DNA of 64,000 bases from an uncultured Chloroflexia bacterium (GTDB taxonomy: Bacteria > Chloroflexota > Dormibacteria > Aeolococcales > Aeolococcaceae): positions 8,790 to 72,789 of the forward strand of contig CAWDLK010000008.1 in assembly GCA_963803165.1 (NCBI GenBank), written 5' to 3'. A program made the position numbers and the translations under genes. A model generated the notes under the pieces. That model was not told the DNA's origin and ran no database searches. It was given only the letters and a program-made list of their open reading frames with translations. Shown here piece by piece: positions 8,180 through 19,093 of this stretch. The number at the start of each line of letters is the position of its first letter. Within the stretch, counting starts at the first letter, position 1.

Positions 8180-11100
8180 ATGAACCGGTCACCCGCAGCA
8201 CGCGGCGTCTCAGCGGTGGGCGCCCTCGCCCTGCTGGCCGCTCTCGTCAGCAGGGGTGGGGTGGCATCGGTGCCGGTGCAGGCCGCGGCCGGCCCGTTCC
8301 AATGCCAGCCGGGCTTCTACCAGGTCATCTCGGGGCAGCTCTACGAGCTCAACCCGGTCACCAGCACCTACACGGCGATCGGCTCCAAGTACTCGACCAG
8401 CTACAACGCCATGGGCTTCAACGTGCTGGACGACTACCTGTACGCGATGGGCACCGGTACCTCCAACACAGGGGACCTGCTCAAGATCGCCGACGATGGG
8501 TCGGTCGCCGACCTGGGACGGCCCTCCGGGATGTCCTCGCACAGCTTCGTCAGCGGCGACATGGACGGCTCCGGTCACCTCCTGGTCCAGTACTCCAGCG
8601 CGACGTGGTACTCGATCGACGTCAGCACCGGTACCTGGACGTCCTTCACGGTGACCGGACAGCAGGGCAGCGGCAACGACGTCGTGTGGATCGACGGTTA
8701 CCTCTACTTCGCCAGCGGTACCACGCTCTACACGATCAACCTCTCCACCGACGTCGAGACCTCGGTGAACGTCAGCGGGCTCCCATCCGGCGGTGCGTAC
8801 GGGGCGGCCTGGTCGGACAAGCCCAGTGACCTCTTCCTCTCCAACAACTCGACCGGTGATATCTACCAGCTCGCCAACTTCACGGGGTCCAGCCCCTCGG
8901 CCACCCAGGTGGCGACCGGGGACAGCACGAGTGACAACGACGGGGCTGCCTGCAAGCAGGCGGCCAGCCCCTTCGTCCTCCCGGTGGCCAGCGCCGACAC
9001 CTATTCGGCGACCACCAACGTCACGCTGAGCGTGGACGCCGCGGACGGCGTCCTCGCCAACGACTCGGGTGCCGGGCTCACCGTCCTCTCCCACACCAAC
9101 CCCGCCGACGGTACTCTCTCCCTCGGCTCTGACGGCTCCTTCATCTACGTGCCGGAGACCGGCTTCCAGGGCACCGACTCCTTCACCTACAGCGTCCAGG
9201 ACGAGTACGGGCGTGACAGCGCCGGCTCCGCGACGGTCACCCTGGATGTCACCCTGCCGCCGGCGCCTCAGGCGCACGCCGACAGCTACTCCACGGTGGT
9301 GGGCACCACATTGAGCGTGGTCGCGGGCAGCGGGTTGCTCGCCAACGACACCGGGACCGGCATCGCGGTCGCCTCCAACACCTCCCCGGGCGCTGGCTCC
9401 CTGACCGTCAACTCCGACGGCTCGCTGAGCTACGTCCCGCCCGCCGACGCCTCCGCGGTCGAGACGTTCACCTACACCATCGAGGACAGCTTCTCGCGAA
9501 CGTCGACCGCCGGCGTCACCATCGACGTGACCCCGACCGTCGTCGCGGGCAGCGGCTCGACCGCCTACGCCACCCCCCTCGCCGAGGCGAGCCCCGGTGT
9601 GCTCTCGGGTGCCGTGGGCGCGGGAATGTCCATCGCCTCGTACGAGCAGCCCGGTCATGGGAGCGTCACCGTCAGTGCCGACGGCGCCTTCACCTACACG
9701 CCCGACGCCGGATTCGACGGGACCGACAGCTTCAGCTTCGTGGCCGAGGACGCCTACGACCAGGAGGTGGACGGGAGTTTCTCGATCGGGGTGGGAGCCC
9801 CGGCCCCGCCGGGTGCGGCCGATTACTCCTTCAGCATCCCGGCCGGCACGAGCCTGACCGAGACCGCGGCCTCCGGGCTGCTCTCCGACGATTCCGGGGC
9901 CTCGATCACCGTCACCGCGAACACCGCTCCCGCCTACGGCTCGGCCAGCGTGAGTGGCGACGGCGCCTTCACCTACACACCGCCCTCCACCTTCTCGGGG
10001 ATGGACAGCTTCTCGTACACCATCACCGACGCCGTGGGCCAATCGGCGACCGGCGAGGTGACCGTCCACGTGACCGTGGTGGCGGTGGACCAGACCTACA
10101 GCACGCCCTACATGACCACCATCAACGTCAACGTGCTCGCCGGCGACCTGGGCTCGGACCTCTCGCTCCAGTACGTGATCAGCGCTCCCGCAAGCGGCGA
10201 CTGGGGCGCGGACGAGGCGGGGGCGATCTGGTACGAGCCGCCGTACGGCTTCGCCGGACCGGCGCAGTTCACCTACGACTTCATGGATCCGACCCTCTCC
10301 TGGGCCGACGCCACGGTGACCTTCGACGTCGGTGACCCGCCGGCGCCGTCCGCCGCCGGCTACACCGAGACCACGACCTCCGGCCAGCCCCTGGACGTCG
10401 ACGCCGGCTCAGGGCTGCTCAGCGCATCCACCGGCTACTCGATCCAGGTTGACTCGAACACTGACCCCGCCGATGGGAGCGTCACCGCCGATCCCGACGG
10501 CAGCTTCGCCTACGTTCCCCAGGCCGGCTTCTCCGGCATGGACGGCTTCGAATACACCATCATCGACCCCTACGGGCAGACCAGCACGGGGAGCGTCCAG
10601 ATCACCGTCGACCCGGTCGCCACGGACGTCACCTACGCGTCGCCCTGTGGCAGCGCCCTCAGCGTAACGGCCGCCGCCGGGCTGCTGAGCCGCGACCTCG
10701 GCACGTCGCTCGCCGTCGAGAGCGTCGACAGCGATGCCTCCCTGGGCCGCCTGGACTGGCAGTCCGACGGCGCCTTCACCTTCACGCCGGCGGCCGGTGT
10801 CTGCGCGACGTCGGGGTGGACGAGCTACGCGATCGAGGACGTCAACGACCTCGAGACGTCGGCGACGGTGACCTTCACGATCGGACCGCCCTCCTCGACC
10901 CTCGACCTCGCCTACACGGTGGGCGAGGACGGGAAGTCTCGCGGTGGCCGCCGGGAGCGGCCTGCTCGGCTGGGACTCCGGCGCCGGTGTGACGGTCGTG
11001 TCGTACACGCAGCCGAGCCACGGTAGCGTCACCGCCGGCCCCGACGGCTCCTTCACCTACCTCCCGGAGCCTGGATACGTAGGGCCCGACAGCTTCACCT

Positions 11101-11312
11101 ACACCGCCGAGGAGGCGGGCGGTGTCCTCGGAACGGGGACCGTCGACATCTCCGTGGACCCGGCCGACGCGCCTCCGGGCGGGGACCCCGCCCCCACCCC
11201 GGACACCGGCGCGGGCGGGCTCTCGGCCGGCCCCGTGATGGGCGCCGCGATGATCGTGCTGGGTGTCCTGGGCGTCCTCGCCGTGAGGCGGAGAAGGCAG
11301 CCCGGGCGCTGA
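8180..11312 (+). CDS. Large surface protein: N-terminal globular (propeller-like) domain, about ten cadherin/VCBS-like repeats, sorting-signal-like anchor; frame broken by 1 nt near 10934
   Basis: Start MNRSPAARGVSAVGALALLAALV (signal peptide). Repeats of the type A.D.Y......L.V.A..G.L.ND.G....V.....P..G.....DGSF.Y.P..GF.G.DSF.Y...D. ORF 7949..11026 goes out of frame at GEDG. The repeat continues in ORF 10944..11312 (SLAVAAGSGLLGWDSGAGVTVVSYTQPSHGSVTAGPDGSFTYLPEPGYVGPDSFTY). Tail TPDTG, then TM, then RRRR. Confidence 0.7.
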
Positions 11313-11326
11313 CCCGCTGGCCCCGC

Positions 11327-12109
11327 TCAGAGCACCTTGGAGAGGAACTCCTTGGTGCGATCCTGCTGGGGGTTGCCGATCACGTCGCGGGGCCTGCCCG
11401 CCTCGACGATGGCCCCGCCGTCCATGAAGACCAGCGTGTCGCCGACCTCCCGGGCAAAGCCCATCTCGTGGGTGACCACGACCATGGTCATCCCCTCGTG
11501 GGCGAGGCCGCGCATGACGTCCAGGACGTCGCCCACCAGCTCCGGGTCGAGGGCGGAGGTCGGCTCGTCGAAGAGCATCAGCTTGGGCTGCATGGCCAGC
11601 GCCCGGGCGATCGCCACCCGCTGCTGCTGGCCGCCTGAGAGTTGCCGGGGATGGGAGTCGAGCCGGTCGCCGAGGCCGACCCGATCGAGCAGCGCCCGGC
11701 CGCGCTCTGAGGCCGTTGCCACCGACTCTCGCCTCACCCGCACCGGCGCCTCGATCACGTTCTCCAGGGCGGTCATGTGGGGGAAGAGGTTGAAGCTCTG
11801 GAACACCATCCCGATCTCGGCCCGCTTGCGGCAGACCTCGCGCTCGGGCAGCTCATGGAGCCGGCCGCCGCGCTCCCGGTAGCCGACCAGCTCGCCATCC
11901 ACCCACAGCCGGCCGGCATCGATCTTCTCCAGGTGGTTGATGCAGCGCAGGAAGGTGCTCTTGCCCGACCCCGAGGGGCCGATGATGCACATCACCTCCC
12001 TCGGCGCGACCTCGAGGTCGATGCCGAGCAGCACCTCGTTGCGTCCGAAGCTCTTGTGCACCGCCTCGGCGCGGACCATGGGGTGGGGCGTCACGGGAAC
12101 CATGCTCAC
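11327..12109 (-). CDS. Polar amino-acid ABC transporter ATP-binding protein
   Basis: Walker [25 protein letters not shown], Walker [13 protein letters not shown], GlnQ/HisP-like length. Confidence 0.9.
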   Translation of the reverse strand: MSMVPVTPHPMVRAEAVHKSFGRNEVLLGIDLEVAPREVMCIIGPSGSGKSTFLRCINHLEKIDAGRLWVDGELVGYRERGGRLHELPEREVCRKRAEIGMVFQSFNLFPHMTALENVIEAPVRVRRESVATASERGRALLDRVGLGDRLDSHPRQLSGGQQQRVAIARALAMQPKLMLFDEPTSALDPELVGDVLDVMRGLAHEGMTMVVVTHEMGFAREVGDTLVFMDGGAIVEAGRPRDVIGNPQQDRTKEFLSKVL

Positions 12110-13134
12110 ATTCCCGAGTGTGGCCTGCCGGGCTCGAGCCAGGGCTCGACCGGGCTCTCGAACGGCGGGCGTGCATGGAATTGGAAGACCATGCGGCGGA
12201 GACGCTGCATCGGCGTGGGAGGCAGCCCCCGCACCGAACCCCGCGCAAAGTGGCGCTCGACGTAGTACTGAAAGACGGTGAGCACCGAGGACATCGCCAG
12301 GTACCAGATGCTGGCGACGATCGCCAGGTCGATGATGTGGTAGTTGAAGTTGGAGATGTCCTGCTGGACGGTGAAGAGCTCGCGAAGGGTGACGATGTAG
12401 GCGAGCGACGTCGTCTTGAGCATCGAGATCGTCTCGTTGCCGGTGGGGGGGACGATCACCCGCATCGCCTGGGGGAGCACGATCCGGCGCATCACCTGAG
12501 CGCGCCTCATCCCGAGGGCGTGGGCGGCCTCAGTCTGCCCCTGGTCCACCGAGATGATGCCCGCGCGGACGATCTCGGCCATGTAGGCGGCCTCGTTGAG
12601 CCCGAGGCCGAGGATCGCCGCCACCAGCGGGGTGATGAGTGCATTGGTGGATGTCTGCCACACGATGTGGGTGAAGGGGATGCCGATTGACAGGTCGGGC
12701 AGGATGTTGGCGATGTTCCACCAGAAGAAGAGCTGGACCAGCACCGGGGTGCCCCGGAAGAACCAGATGTAGAACCAGCTCACCGAGGACATGACCCGGT
12801 TGGGGGAGAGCCGCATCACCGCCATCAGCACCCCCAAGCCGACGCCGACGACCATCGCGATGGCGGTGAGGTAGAGGGTCACCACCGCGGCTTGCAGGAT
12901 GCGGTCGTTGAAGAGGTACTGGCTGACCACTGACCATTGCAGCCCGGGCGCGGTGACGAAGGTGTCGACGACGCCGGCGAGGAAGAGCAGCACGACGAGG
13001 GCGGCGATCCACCGCCCGGGGTGGCGCAGGGGGACGGCTCGGATCGTCTCGGGGCGCCGCCTGCCGGTCACCGGTGGGATCAGCGGGTCCACGGTGAGTC
13101 CGGTCACCCCATCCTCCGCGTGGGGCCTCTCCAC
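12106..13134 (-). CDS. Polar amino-acid ABC transporter permease
   Basis: Multi-TM protein with an EAA-like loop ([27 protein letters not shown]). Its stop overlaps the ATPase start. Confidence 0.85.
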   Translation of the reverse strand: MERPHAEDGVTGLTVDPLIPPVTGRRRPETIRAVPLRHPGRWIAALVVLLFLAGVVDTFVTAPGLQWSVVSQYLFNDRILQAAVVTLYLTAIAMVVGVGLGVLMAVMRLSPNRVMSSVSWFYIWFFRGTPVLVQLFFWWNIANILPDLSIGIPFTHIVWQTSTNALITPLVAAILGLGLNEAAYMAEIVRAGIISVDQGQTEAAHALGMRRAQVMRRIVLPQAMRVIVPPTGNETISMLKTTSLAYIVTLRELFTVQQDISNFNYHIIDLAIVASIWYLAMSSVLTVFQYYVERHFARGSVRGLPPTPMQRLRRMVFQFHARPPFESPVEPWLEPGRPHSGM

Positions 13135-13189
13135 CGCGCCAGCTCCCCACCCACTCCCGGGTCAGCCCCCGGGTTGCCGGCCGGTGATC

Positions 13190-14185
13190 TCAGTACGAGG
13201 GTACACAGGTCGAGCCGACCGCGTTGTTGTTGTTGACCCCGACGTCCGAAGCGGCGACCCCGCCGTCCGTGACCCCCGCGCTGCCCAGGATCTTGCTGTA
13301 GTAGCCGTTGTTGATCAGATAGGTGAGGGCGTCCTCGATGGCCTTGTCGAATCCCAGCTTGTGGGCGACCGCCACCCCGTACGGGTAGATGCTGCAGGGC
13401 TGGCCGCTGACGCGCAGCTTGGTGGGCTCCAGCTTCACCTGGTAGTCGGCGACCGGCTGGTCGGCCCAGCCGAAGTCGGCTCGCCCGCTGGTCAGAGCCG
13501 CGTTCGCCTCGGTCTGGGTGCTGAAGCTCTCGACGTTGATGTCCTGAAGGCCCGCCGCGGTGCAGTTGTCCTTGTCACCCGAGATCGCGCCTCCGCCCGG
13601 CTTCTGGCCCATGTAGCCGTAGGCATCCGACTCCTCGACAGTCCCCAACTCGACCGCCACCGAGTGGCCGCACATCTGCGCGGCCGAGGTGATGCTCGGG
13701 CCGTTGACCGTGGTCAGCCAGGACTCCCCGGCCTGGTAGTAGGTGATGAAGTCGATCCCGGAGGCCTCGCGGGAAGCGGTGGGCGTGAAGCTGGAGAAGC
13801 TCATCACGTACTTGGGGTTCTTCTCCAGGAGCGCGGGGATGATGTCATCGAAGGTGATGTTGTCGATGGTGCAGGAGACCCCGAGGACGGAACAGACATC
13901 CTGAGCTAGCTCGAGATCCCACCCGACCACCTGACCGCTGCCGTTGACGTATTCGTTCGGCGCGTACGAAGCGTCGCTCGCGATCTGGAACGGCTCCATC
14001 GCCTTGACCGCCGCAGGTATCTCGCTGGCGATGCTGGACTGGGTGGCGGGCTGGGGGCTCGTCAGGATCGGGCTGGTGCTCCCGCAGGCGCTCAGCGCGA
14101 GCAGGGCCAGGGCCGGGACGGTGAAGGCGGCGCGGCGCCCACGGGCAGGTGTGAGTCGCGGGAGGTCGTGCATTTGGTGGGGCAT
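13190..14185 (-). CDS. Amino-acid ABC transporter substrate-binding lipoprotein
   Basis: Only the C-terminal 331 aa of ORF 13190..15397 are used. MPHQMHD...ALALLALSACGS lipobox, followed by an SBP_bac_3-like sequence (GWDLELAQDVC...FDDIIPALL...). Confidence 0.8.
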   Translation of the reverse strand: MPHQMHDLPRLTPARGRRAAFTVPALALLALSACGSTSPILTSPQPATQSSIASEIPAAVKAMEPFQIASDASYAPNEYVNGSGQVVGWDLELAQDVCSVLGVSCTIDNITFDDIIPALLEKNPKYVMSFSSFTPTASREASGIDFITYYQAGESWLTTVNGPSITSAAQMCGHSVAVELGTVEESDAYGYMGQKPGGGAISGDKDNCTAAGLQDINVESFSTQTEANAALTSGRADFGWADQPVADYQVKLEPTKLRVSGQPCSIYPYGVAVAHKLGFDKAIEDALTYLINNGYYSKILGSAGVTDGGVAASDVGVNNNNAVGSTCVPSY

Positions 14186-14241
14186 TGTGCGCCCGGTATG
14201 GGGTGCATGTCCATGTGCGCCGCGCACAAGGACTGTCAGTC

Positions 14242-15432
14242 CTACCTCTCTCCGGACGCCGTCGTCTCGGCGAGCGCCCGGGCCGCGATGGCGAGCGCCG
14301 GGCGGTCCACGCTGAAGCAGATGCGGAAGTGGTCGGGGACCCCGAAGGCCACGCCCGGCACCACCACCGCGCGCCGCTCCGCCAGCGCGGCGACGAAGTC
14401 CAGGGTCTCCTCCCAGGGGCAGCGCACCCAGAGGTAGAGGCCGCCCTGACACTCCGCCGCCTCCAGGCCCGCCGCCGCCGCCGCGCCGGCGATGAGGTCG
14501 CGACGCTCCCGGTAGGGGCTCGCGTCCGCCTCCCAGCTCTCCAGCTCGAGGAGCGCGAGCTGGGCCGTGGCCGGGGCGTTGACGTAGCCGAGGGCCCGCT
14601 GGCAGAGGGCCAGCCCCGCCTCGCTCTCGGCGCCGGTCAGCGAGGGGTGCAGCGCCAGGTAGCCGATGCGCTCGCCGGCCACCCCGAGGTCCTTGGAGAA
14701 GGAGCGGCAGAGCACGGTGTGCTCGTAGTGGTGGAAGGGCTCGGTCCTCCGGTGCGGGGGGTAGATGAGCCGCCGGTACACCTCGTCCACGACGAGGAGC
14801 ACAGGGCGGCCGCCCCGCCGCCGGTGCGCGTCGAGCAGCGACCCCAGGTCGCCCAGCTCCGCCTCGGTGGTGACGTGCCCGCTGGGGTTGCAGGGCGTGT
14901 TGAGGACGAGGGCGCCGGTCGCATCGGTGAGGGCGGCCTCGATGGCCTCGAGGTCGAGCGCGCCTCCATCGCCTGACCGCGCCACCCGCAGCCGGTGCCC
15001 GCACACCTCGCTGTAGAGCCGGAACTCGGAGAAGTAGGGGGCGATCACCACCACCTCGCTGCCCGCCTCCACGAAGGCTCGGAGCGCCATCGAGATCGCA
15101 CCCGCCGCACCCACGGTGACCGCCACCGACTGCGCGGTGACGCCCGGCACCTCGACGTCCTCGGCGATGCGCTCGCGCAGCTCGGGATAGCCGAGGTTGG
15201 GCATGTAGCCGAAGCGCCGCGGGCGGACCGCGGCCGCCGCCCTCGCGAACGCCTGGCGCACCGCGTCGGGGGCCTCGAGGGGCTGGCCGAGCGAGAGGTC
15301 GGCGACCGCGTCGGCTCCGTGGCGCTCTCGGAGCCGCTGGGCCGTCGCGGCACCGGCGCGCACCCAGCCCCCCGCCTCGACCTCCCCGCGCACCCACATG
15401 GTCAGGGCGCCGTCGCCGCCGACCGCGCTCAT
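14242..15432 (-). CDS. Class I/II PLP-dependent aminotransferase
   Basis: LNTPCNPSG, VVDEVY, SFSKDLGVAGERIGY (PLP lysine motif). Confidence 0.85.
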   Translation of the reverse strand: MSAVGGDGALTMWVRGEVEAGGWVRAGAATAQRLRERHGADAVADLSLGQPLEAPDAVRQAFARAAAAVRPRRFGYMPNLGYPELRERIAEDVEVPGVTAQSVAVTVGAAGAISMALRAFVEAGSEVVVIAPYFSEFRLYSEVCGHRLRVARSGDGGALDLEAIEAALTDATGALVLNTPCNPSGHVTTEAELGDLGSLLDAHRRRGGRPVLLVVDEVYRRLIYPPHRRTEPFHHYEHTVLCRSFSKDLGVAGERIGYLALHPSLTGAESEAGLALCQRALGYVNAPATAQLALLELESWEADASPYRERRDLIAGAAAAAGLEAAECQGGLYLWVRCPWEETLDFVAALAERRAVVVPGVAFGVPDHFRICFSVDRPALAIAARALAETTASGER

Positions 15433-15466
15433 CGGGCCGGCGCCGGGACCGCGCGTCTCTGCCGGC

Positions 15467-16648
15467 TCACCCCTTGGATCCCGACCGCCGGGTGCCGTCG
15501 ACGTGCCAGGAGAACGGGTAGGTGGCGTCGACCACCTGGCGGGCCACCTGGGTGCGGTGGAGGGGACGGAAGGTGTCGATCATCACGGCCACCTCGTCGG
15601 TCTCGGGTGGCTGCTTGGCCACCGGCTCGACCGCCTCCGGCTGCGGGCCGTGGGCGAGCCCGCTCACGTGGTGGGTGAGCGAGCCCGGCTGCAGCTCCGG
15701 GCGGGACGCGAAGGTGCCCTCGACGCGGTAGAGGACGAAGTCGTAGTCGAGGTTGGAATGGTGATAGGGGAGGACGGCGGCCTCCGGGTCCCAGCCCAGC
15801 TTCCGCGGCACGAAGGAGCAGATCACGCAGCCGGTGGCCTGGAAGGTCTGGTGGATCGAGGGTGGCAGGTGGAGGCTCCCCGCGCGCGCCTCGAAGTCGT
15901 GGATGTTGAAGGCGACCGGGTAGACGGTCCCGTCCCATCCCACCACGTCGAGGGGGTGATGGTCGAGCGAGTAGCAGGACATGTGCCCCGCGCGCTTGAG
16001 CCAGACCTGGGTGGGGCCCTCCCCCTGCTCCAGCGCCTCGGGGGCGCGGAAGTCGCGCTCGCTGTACGGGGCCAGCTCGGTGAGCTGGCCGTTGCCCGCC
16101 CGGTAGCGGTCCGGCAAGTCCACGGCGCCCGCGACCTCCAGGACCAGCACCCGGGTGTCCTCGAGGTGGTCGAATTCGACGCGGTACACGGTGCCCCGCG
16201 GGATCACCACGTAGTCGTGGTGTCCGAACCGGAGCCGGCCGAACTGGGTGTGGAGGGTCCCCGACCCCTGGTGGACGAAGAGGACGTCGTCGGCCGAGCC
16301 GTCGGTGAAGAACGCCTGCTGCTGCCGCTGCGGGATCAGCAGGCCGATCCGGATGTCCTCGTTGACGAGCAGCCACTGCCGGCCGGTGACGGCGTCGCCG
16401 TGGGCGGGCAGCCGGAACCCCTGGAGGAGGGCGTGCTCGTGGACCTTCTCGTTCTCCATGGAGATGTCGTCGCCCTCACCCTCGACGACGTCCTGCACCG
16501 CCTCCGGCAGGTGGCGGTGGTAGAGGAGGGACGATGGGCCGGCGTAGCCCCCGCGGCTGAACAGCTCCTCGTAGACCGGGGCGCCGTCGAGGCTGAAGCG
16601 CATGTGGCGCTTGCGGGGCAGCTCGCCGAGCCGCATGTAGGGCCGCAC
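15467..16648 (-). CDS. hmgA: Homogentisate 1,2-dioxygenase
   Basis: 393-aa cupin-type sequence: ...DYVVIPRGTVYRV...FEARAGSLHLPPSIHQTF...PYHHSNLDYDF...SLTHHVSGLAHGPQP. Confidence 0.85.
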   Translation of the reverse strand: MRPYMRLGELPRKRHMRFSLDGAPVYEELFSRGGYAGPSSLLYHRHLPEAVQDVVEGEGDDISMENEKVHEHALLQGFRLPAHGDAVTGRQWLLVNEDIRIGLLIPQRQQQAFFTDGSADDVLFVHQGSGTLHTQFGRLRFGHHDYVVIPRGTVYRVEFDHLEDTRVLVLEVAGAVDLPDRYRAGNGQLTELAPYSERDFRAPEALEQGEGPTQVWLKRAGHMSCYSLDHHPLDVVGWDGTVYPVAFNIHDFEARAGSLHLPPSIHQTFQATGCVICSFVPRKLGWDPEAAVLPYHHSNLDYDFVLYRVEGTFASRPELQPGSLTHHVSGLAHGPQPEAVEPVAKQPPETDEVAVMIDTFRPLHRTQVARQVVDATYPFSWHVDGTRRSGSKG

Positions 16649-16811
16649 CGCGCAAGGCTAGCAGGCGCGACGGAGCGAGGTGCGAGAGCCGAACTGTGGC
16701 CGGCGCGCGCGATCGGATGTAGGGTGTGGGTCGAGGGGGCAGCGCCATTCCCGCCCGGCGGCCGGCTGCCCTGGTGAGAGCCCGGCACTGCGGCGAAGGA
16801 GGACCTGGGCC

Positions 16812-17990
16812 ATGGCACGACGGACCGGTCTGCACCGGGGAGCGGCAGTCCCGGCCCTGGCGGCCCTCGGGGCGCTGCTCGCGTCCTGCGGCGGCACCTC
16901 GGCGAGCCCGACCCACACCCCGCGCACCAGCGCCAGCTCGACGGCGTCGCCGACGCCGACCGCCTCCGCCACCCCGTCCCCGGCCACCCCGGCGCCGACC
17001 CCGATCGCAGGCTTCCAAGCCGCCTCGGTGACCTTCGTCTCGTCCCAGGACGGCTGGGTCCTCGGCACGGCCGGCGGCGGCCTCGCGCTGGCCCGCACGC
17101 AGGACGGGGGTGCCTACTGGAACAGCGTCACCCCGCCCCCGACCGGCTTCTACAAGGGCCCGGGGACCAGCGGGGTGTCGGGCATCCGCTTCGCCAACCA
17201 GCAGGACGGCTGGGCATACGGCAGCCAGCTCTGGGCCACCCATGACGGGGGCGCCAGCTGGGCTCAGGTCACCCTGCCCGCTCTGAACTCCGGGGGCGGG
17301 ATGACCCCCATCCAGGACCTGGAGACGGCGGGGGGTCAGGTCTACGCCGTGTACTTCGGGTCCTCCGGCTTTGCCATCGCCGGCAGCCCGGTGGGCAGCA
17401 ACTCGTGGGTCGTGTCGTCCACCGGCATCTCCTTCGGCGCCGGGCCGATACCGGGTGCCCAGATGGTCATCCAGGGGTCGGGGGGATGGGTGCTGGAGAA
17501 CGACCGCACCGTCGCCGGCGGCGCCCGGCTCACCGGCGGCGCCTGGAGCTCGTGGACCCCGCCGTGCACCACCACGGGCGGACCGGCCGCCCTTGCCGCC
17601 TCCAGCGCTCAGGATCTGATCGCCGCCTGCGACGTCGGGCTGTACGGGTCGGGGCCACCGGCGGAGCGCGCCTACACCTCGACCGACGGCGGCGGCAGCT
17701 TCACCGAGCTGGCCACCGCCCTCCCCTCCAGCTGCCAGGGCAGCGCGACCATCGCCGGCCCCAGCCCCTCGGTCGCGGCCGCGGGCTGCGGAGGGCAGAT
17801 CGTGGCGACCTTCAATGGAGGCGGGAGCTGGAGCACCGTCTTCAGCGGCGGTGCCAGCACCACCATCGCCTACGTCGGGTTCACCACCAGCAGCCAGGGG
17901 GTCGCCATCTCCGCGGCCTCCGGGAGCAGCGCGGGCGCGCTGCTGATGACCTCCGACGGGGGCCACGCCTGGGGGACGGTCACCGTCTGA
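16812..17990 (+). CDS. Lipoprotein with BNR/Asp-box beta-propeller repeats
   Basis: MARRTGL...LLASCGG lipobox, Pro/Thr/Ser linker, repeated S/T-x-D-G-G-x-x-W motifs (TQDGGAYW, THDGGASW, STDGGGSF, FNGGGSW, TSDGGHAW). Paralogous to 37129..38373. Confidence 0.7.
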   Translation: MARRTGLHRGAAVPALAALGALLASCGGTSASPTHTPRTSASSTASPTPTASATPSPATPAPTPIAGFQAASVTFVSSQDGWVLGTAGGGLALARTQDGGAYWNSVTPPPTGFYKGPGTSGVSGIRFANQQDGWAYGSQLWATHDGGASWAQVTLPALNSGGGMTPIQDLETAGGQVYAVYFGSSGFAIAGSPVGSNSWVVSSTGISFGAGPIPGAQMVIQGSGGWVLENDRTVAGGARLTGGAWSSWTPPCTTTGGPAALAASSAQDLIAACDVGLYGSGPPAERAYTSTDGGGSFTELATALPSSCQGSATIAGPSPSVAAAGCGGQIVATFNGGGSWSTVFSGGASTTIAYVGFTTSSQGVAISAASGSSAGALLMTSDGGHAWGTVTV

Positions 17991-17996
17991 GCCGGA

Positions 17997-18983
17997 TCAG
18001 CGCGTGCTCACCAGGAGGGCCGCACCGATGGCCCCGCCCAGGTCGCCGAGCACGGCCACGTGCACCTCGGGTGCCCGCTCGGGGACGAAGAGGTGCGGGC
18101 TCATGGCGGCGGCGATCCGCTCGGCATACGGCTGGCCGAGCCGGATGCCCAGGCCGCCCTCGATGATCACGATGCCGACGTCCAGGAGGTTGATCGCGGA
18201 GGCGATGCCGGTTCCCAGCGCCCCGACCGCGCGGTCGATGAGGTCGCGGGCCATGGCGTCGCCCTCGTCGAGGGCCCGGGCCCAGACGCCGCTGGTCAGG
18301 CGGTTGCGCCCGAATTGCTTCATCAGCCGGAAGAGCACCGTCTTCTCGCCGCGGTCCGCGCGCTTGCGGGCGGTCAGCTCCATCGCGGCCCTGCCCGCGT
18401 AGGCCTCCAGGCAGCCGCGCCGGCCGCAGGTGCAGGGGGCACCCTCCCGGACCACCACGGTGTGCCCGATCTCGCCGGCGGCACCGCGCCCCAGCCAGAG
18501 ACGGCCGTCGAGGACCAGGCTCCCGCCGATCCCGGTGCCCCAGGCGACCCCGAGGAACGAGCCATGACCCTTGCCGGCGCCGAGGCGCATCTCGGCGCGG
18601 TTGGCGACCTGGACGTCGTTGCCGAGGCGGACCGGGCAGCCGAGCAGCTTGCCGAGTCGATCGCCCAGGGGAAACGTTCCGTCCCAGCCCGGGAGGTTGC
18701 CGGCCTGGGAGACCGTCCCCGCGACCGCATCGATGCTCCCCGGCGAGCCGACGCCGACCCCGGCCAGGGAGCGGGGGGCCACCCCGGCGGTCGCCGCCGC
18801 CTCGCCGATGGCCTCCGCGAGCGCCGCGGTCACCGCCTCGGGACCGCCCTCGAGCGGGGTCGGCAGCCGCGCCTCACCGAGCACGCGATGGGTGCGCGAG
18901 AGGATGACTGCCTGGATCTTGGTGCCCCCGAGGTCGAGCCCGCCCCGGAGGGTCCGGTTGTTGCGCGCCAGGCCAGTCGCCAT
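17997..18983 (-). CDS. ROK-family sugar kinase (glucokinase-like)
   Basis: LDLGGTKI N-terminal ATP motif, [17 protein letters not shown] zinc motif. Start moved to MATGLARN. Confidence 0.85.
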   Translation of the reverse strand: MATGLARNNRTLRGGLDLGGTKIQAVILSRTHRVLGEARLPTPLEGGPEAVTAALAEAIGEAAATAGVAPRSLAGVGVGSPGSIDAVAGTVSQAGNLPGWDGTFPLGDRLGKLLGCPVRLGNDVQVANRAEMRLGAGKGHGSFLGVAWGTGIGGSLVLDGRLWLGRGAAGEIGHTVVVREGAPCTCGRRGCLEAYAGRAAMELTARKRADRGEKTVLFRLMKQFGRNRLTSGVWARALDEGDAMARDLIDRAVGALGTGIASAINLLDVGIVIIEGGLGIRLGQPYAERIAAAMSPHLFVPERAPEVHVAVLGDLGGAIGAALLVSTR

Positions 18984-19093
18984 CGTCACTCCCACTGGGC
19001 GCCGCCGAGAACTCTCGCCTCTCAACCATACTGTTCCCAGGCCCGGCGGCGGCGGGGGAGCCGGGATCAGCGGGTCGCGGGGAGGAGCCGAGC

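Noticed and set aside
8210-10069. 619-aa minus-strand ORF antisense to the large surface-protein gene. Similar long antisense ORFs occur at 16476..17966, 24457..26598, 33063..35087, 35041..36744, 43815..44897, 45015..46421, 50395..52164 and 58699..60720.
   Set aside because: These are Arg/Gly/Pro/His-rich low-complexity translations without motifs. They lie exactly opposite genes with strong family signatures. Such shadow ORFs are expected in very GC-rich DNA, where stop codons are rare in all frames.
13190-15397. 735-aa ORF that would fuse the substrate-binding protein to a long N-terminal extension.
   Set aside because: The first ~400 aa are an out-of-frame read-through across the aminotransferase gene, with RG-rich nonsense sequence. 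A signal peptide with a lipobox begins at the Met at 14185, so only 13190..14185 was kept.
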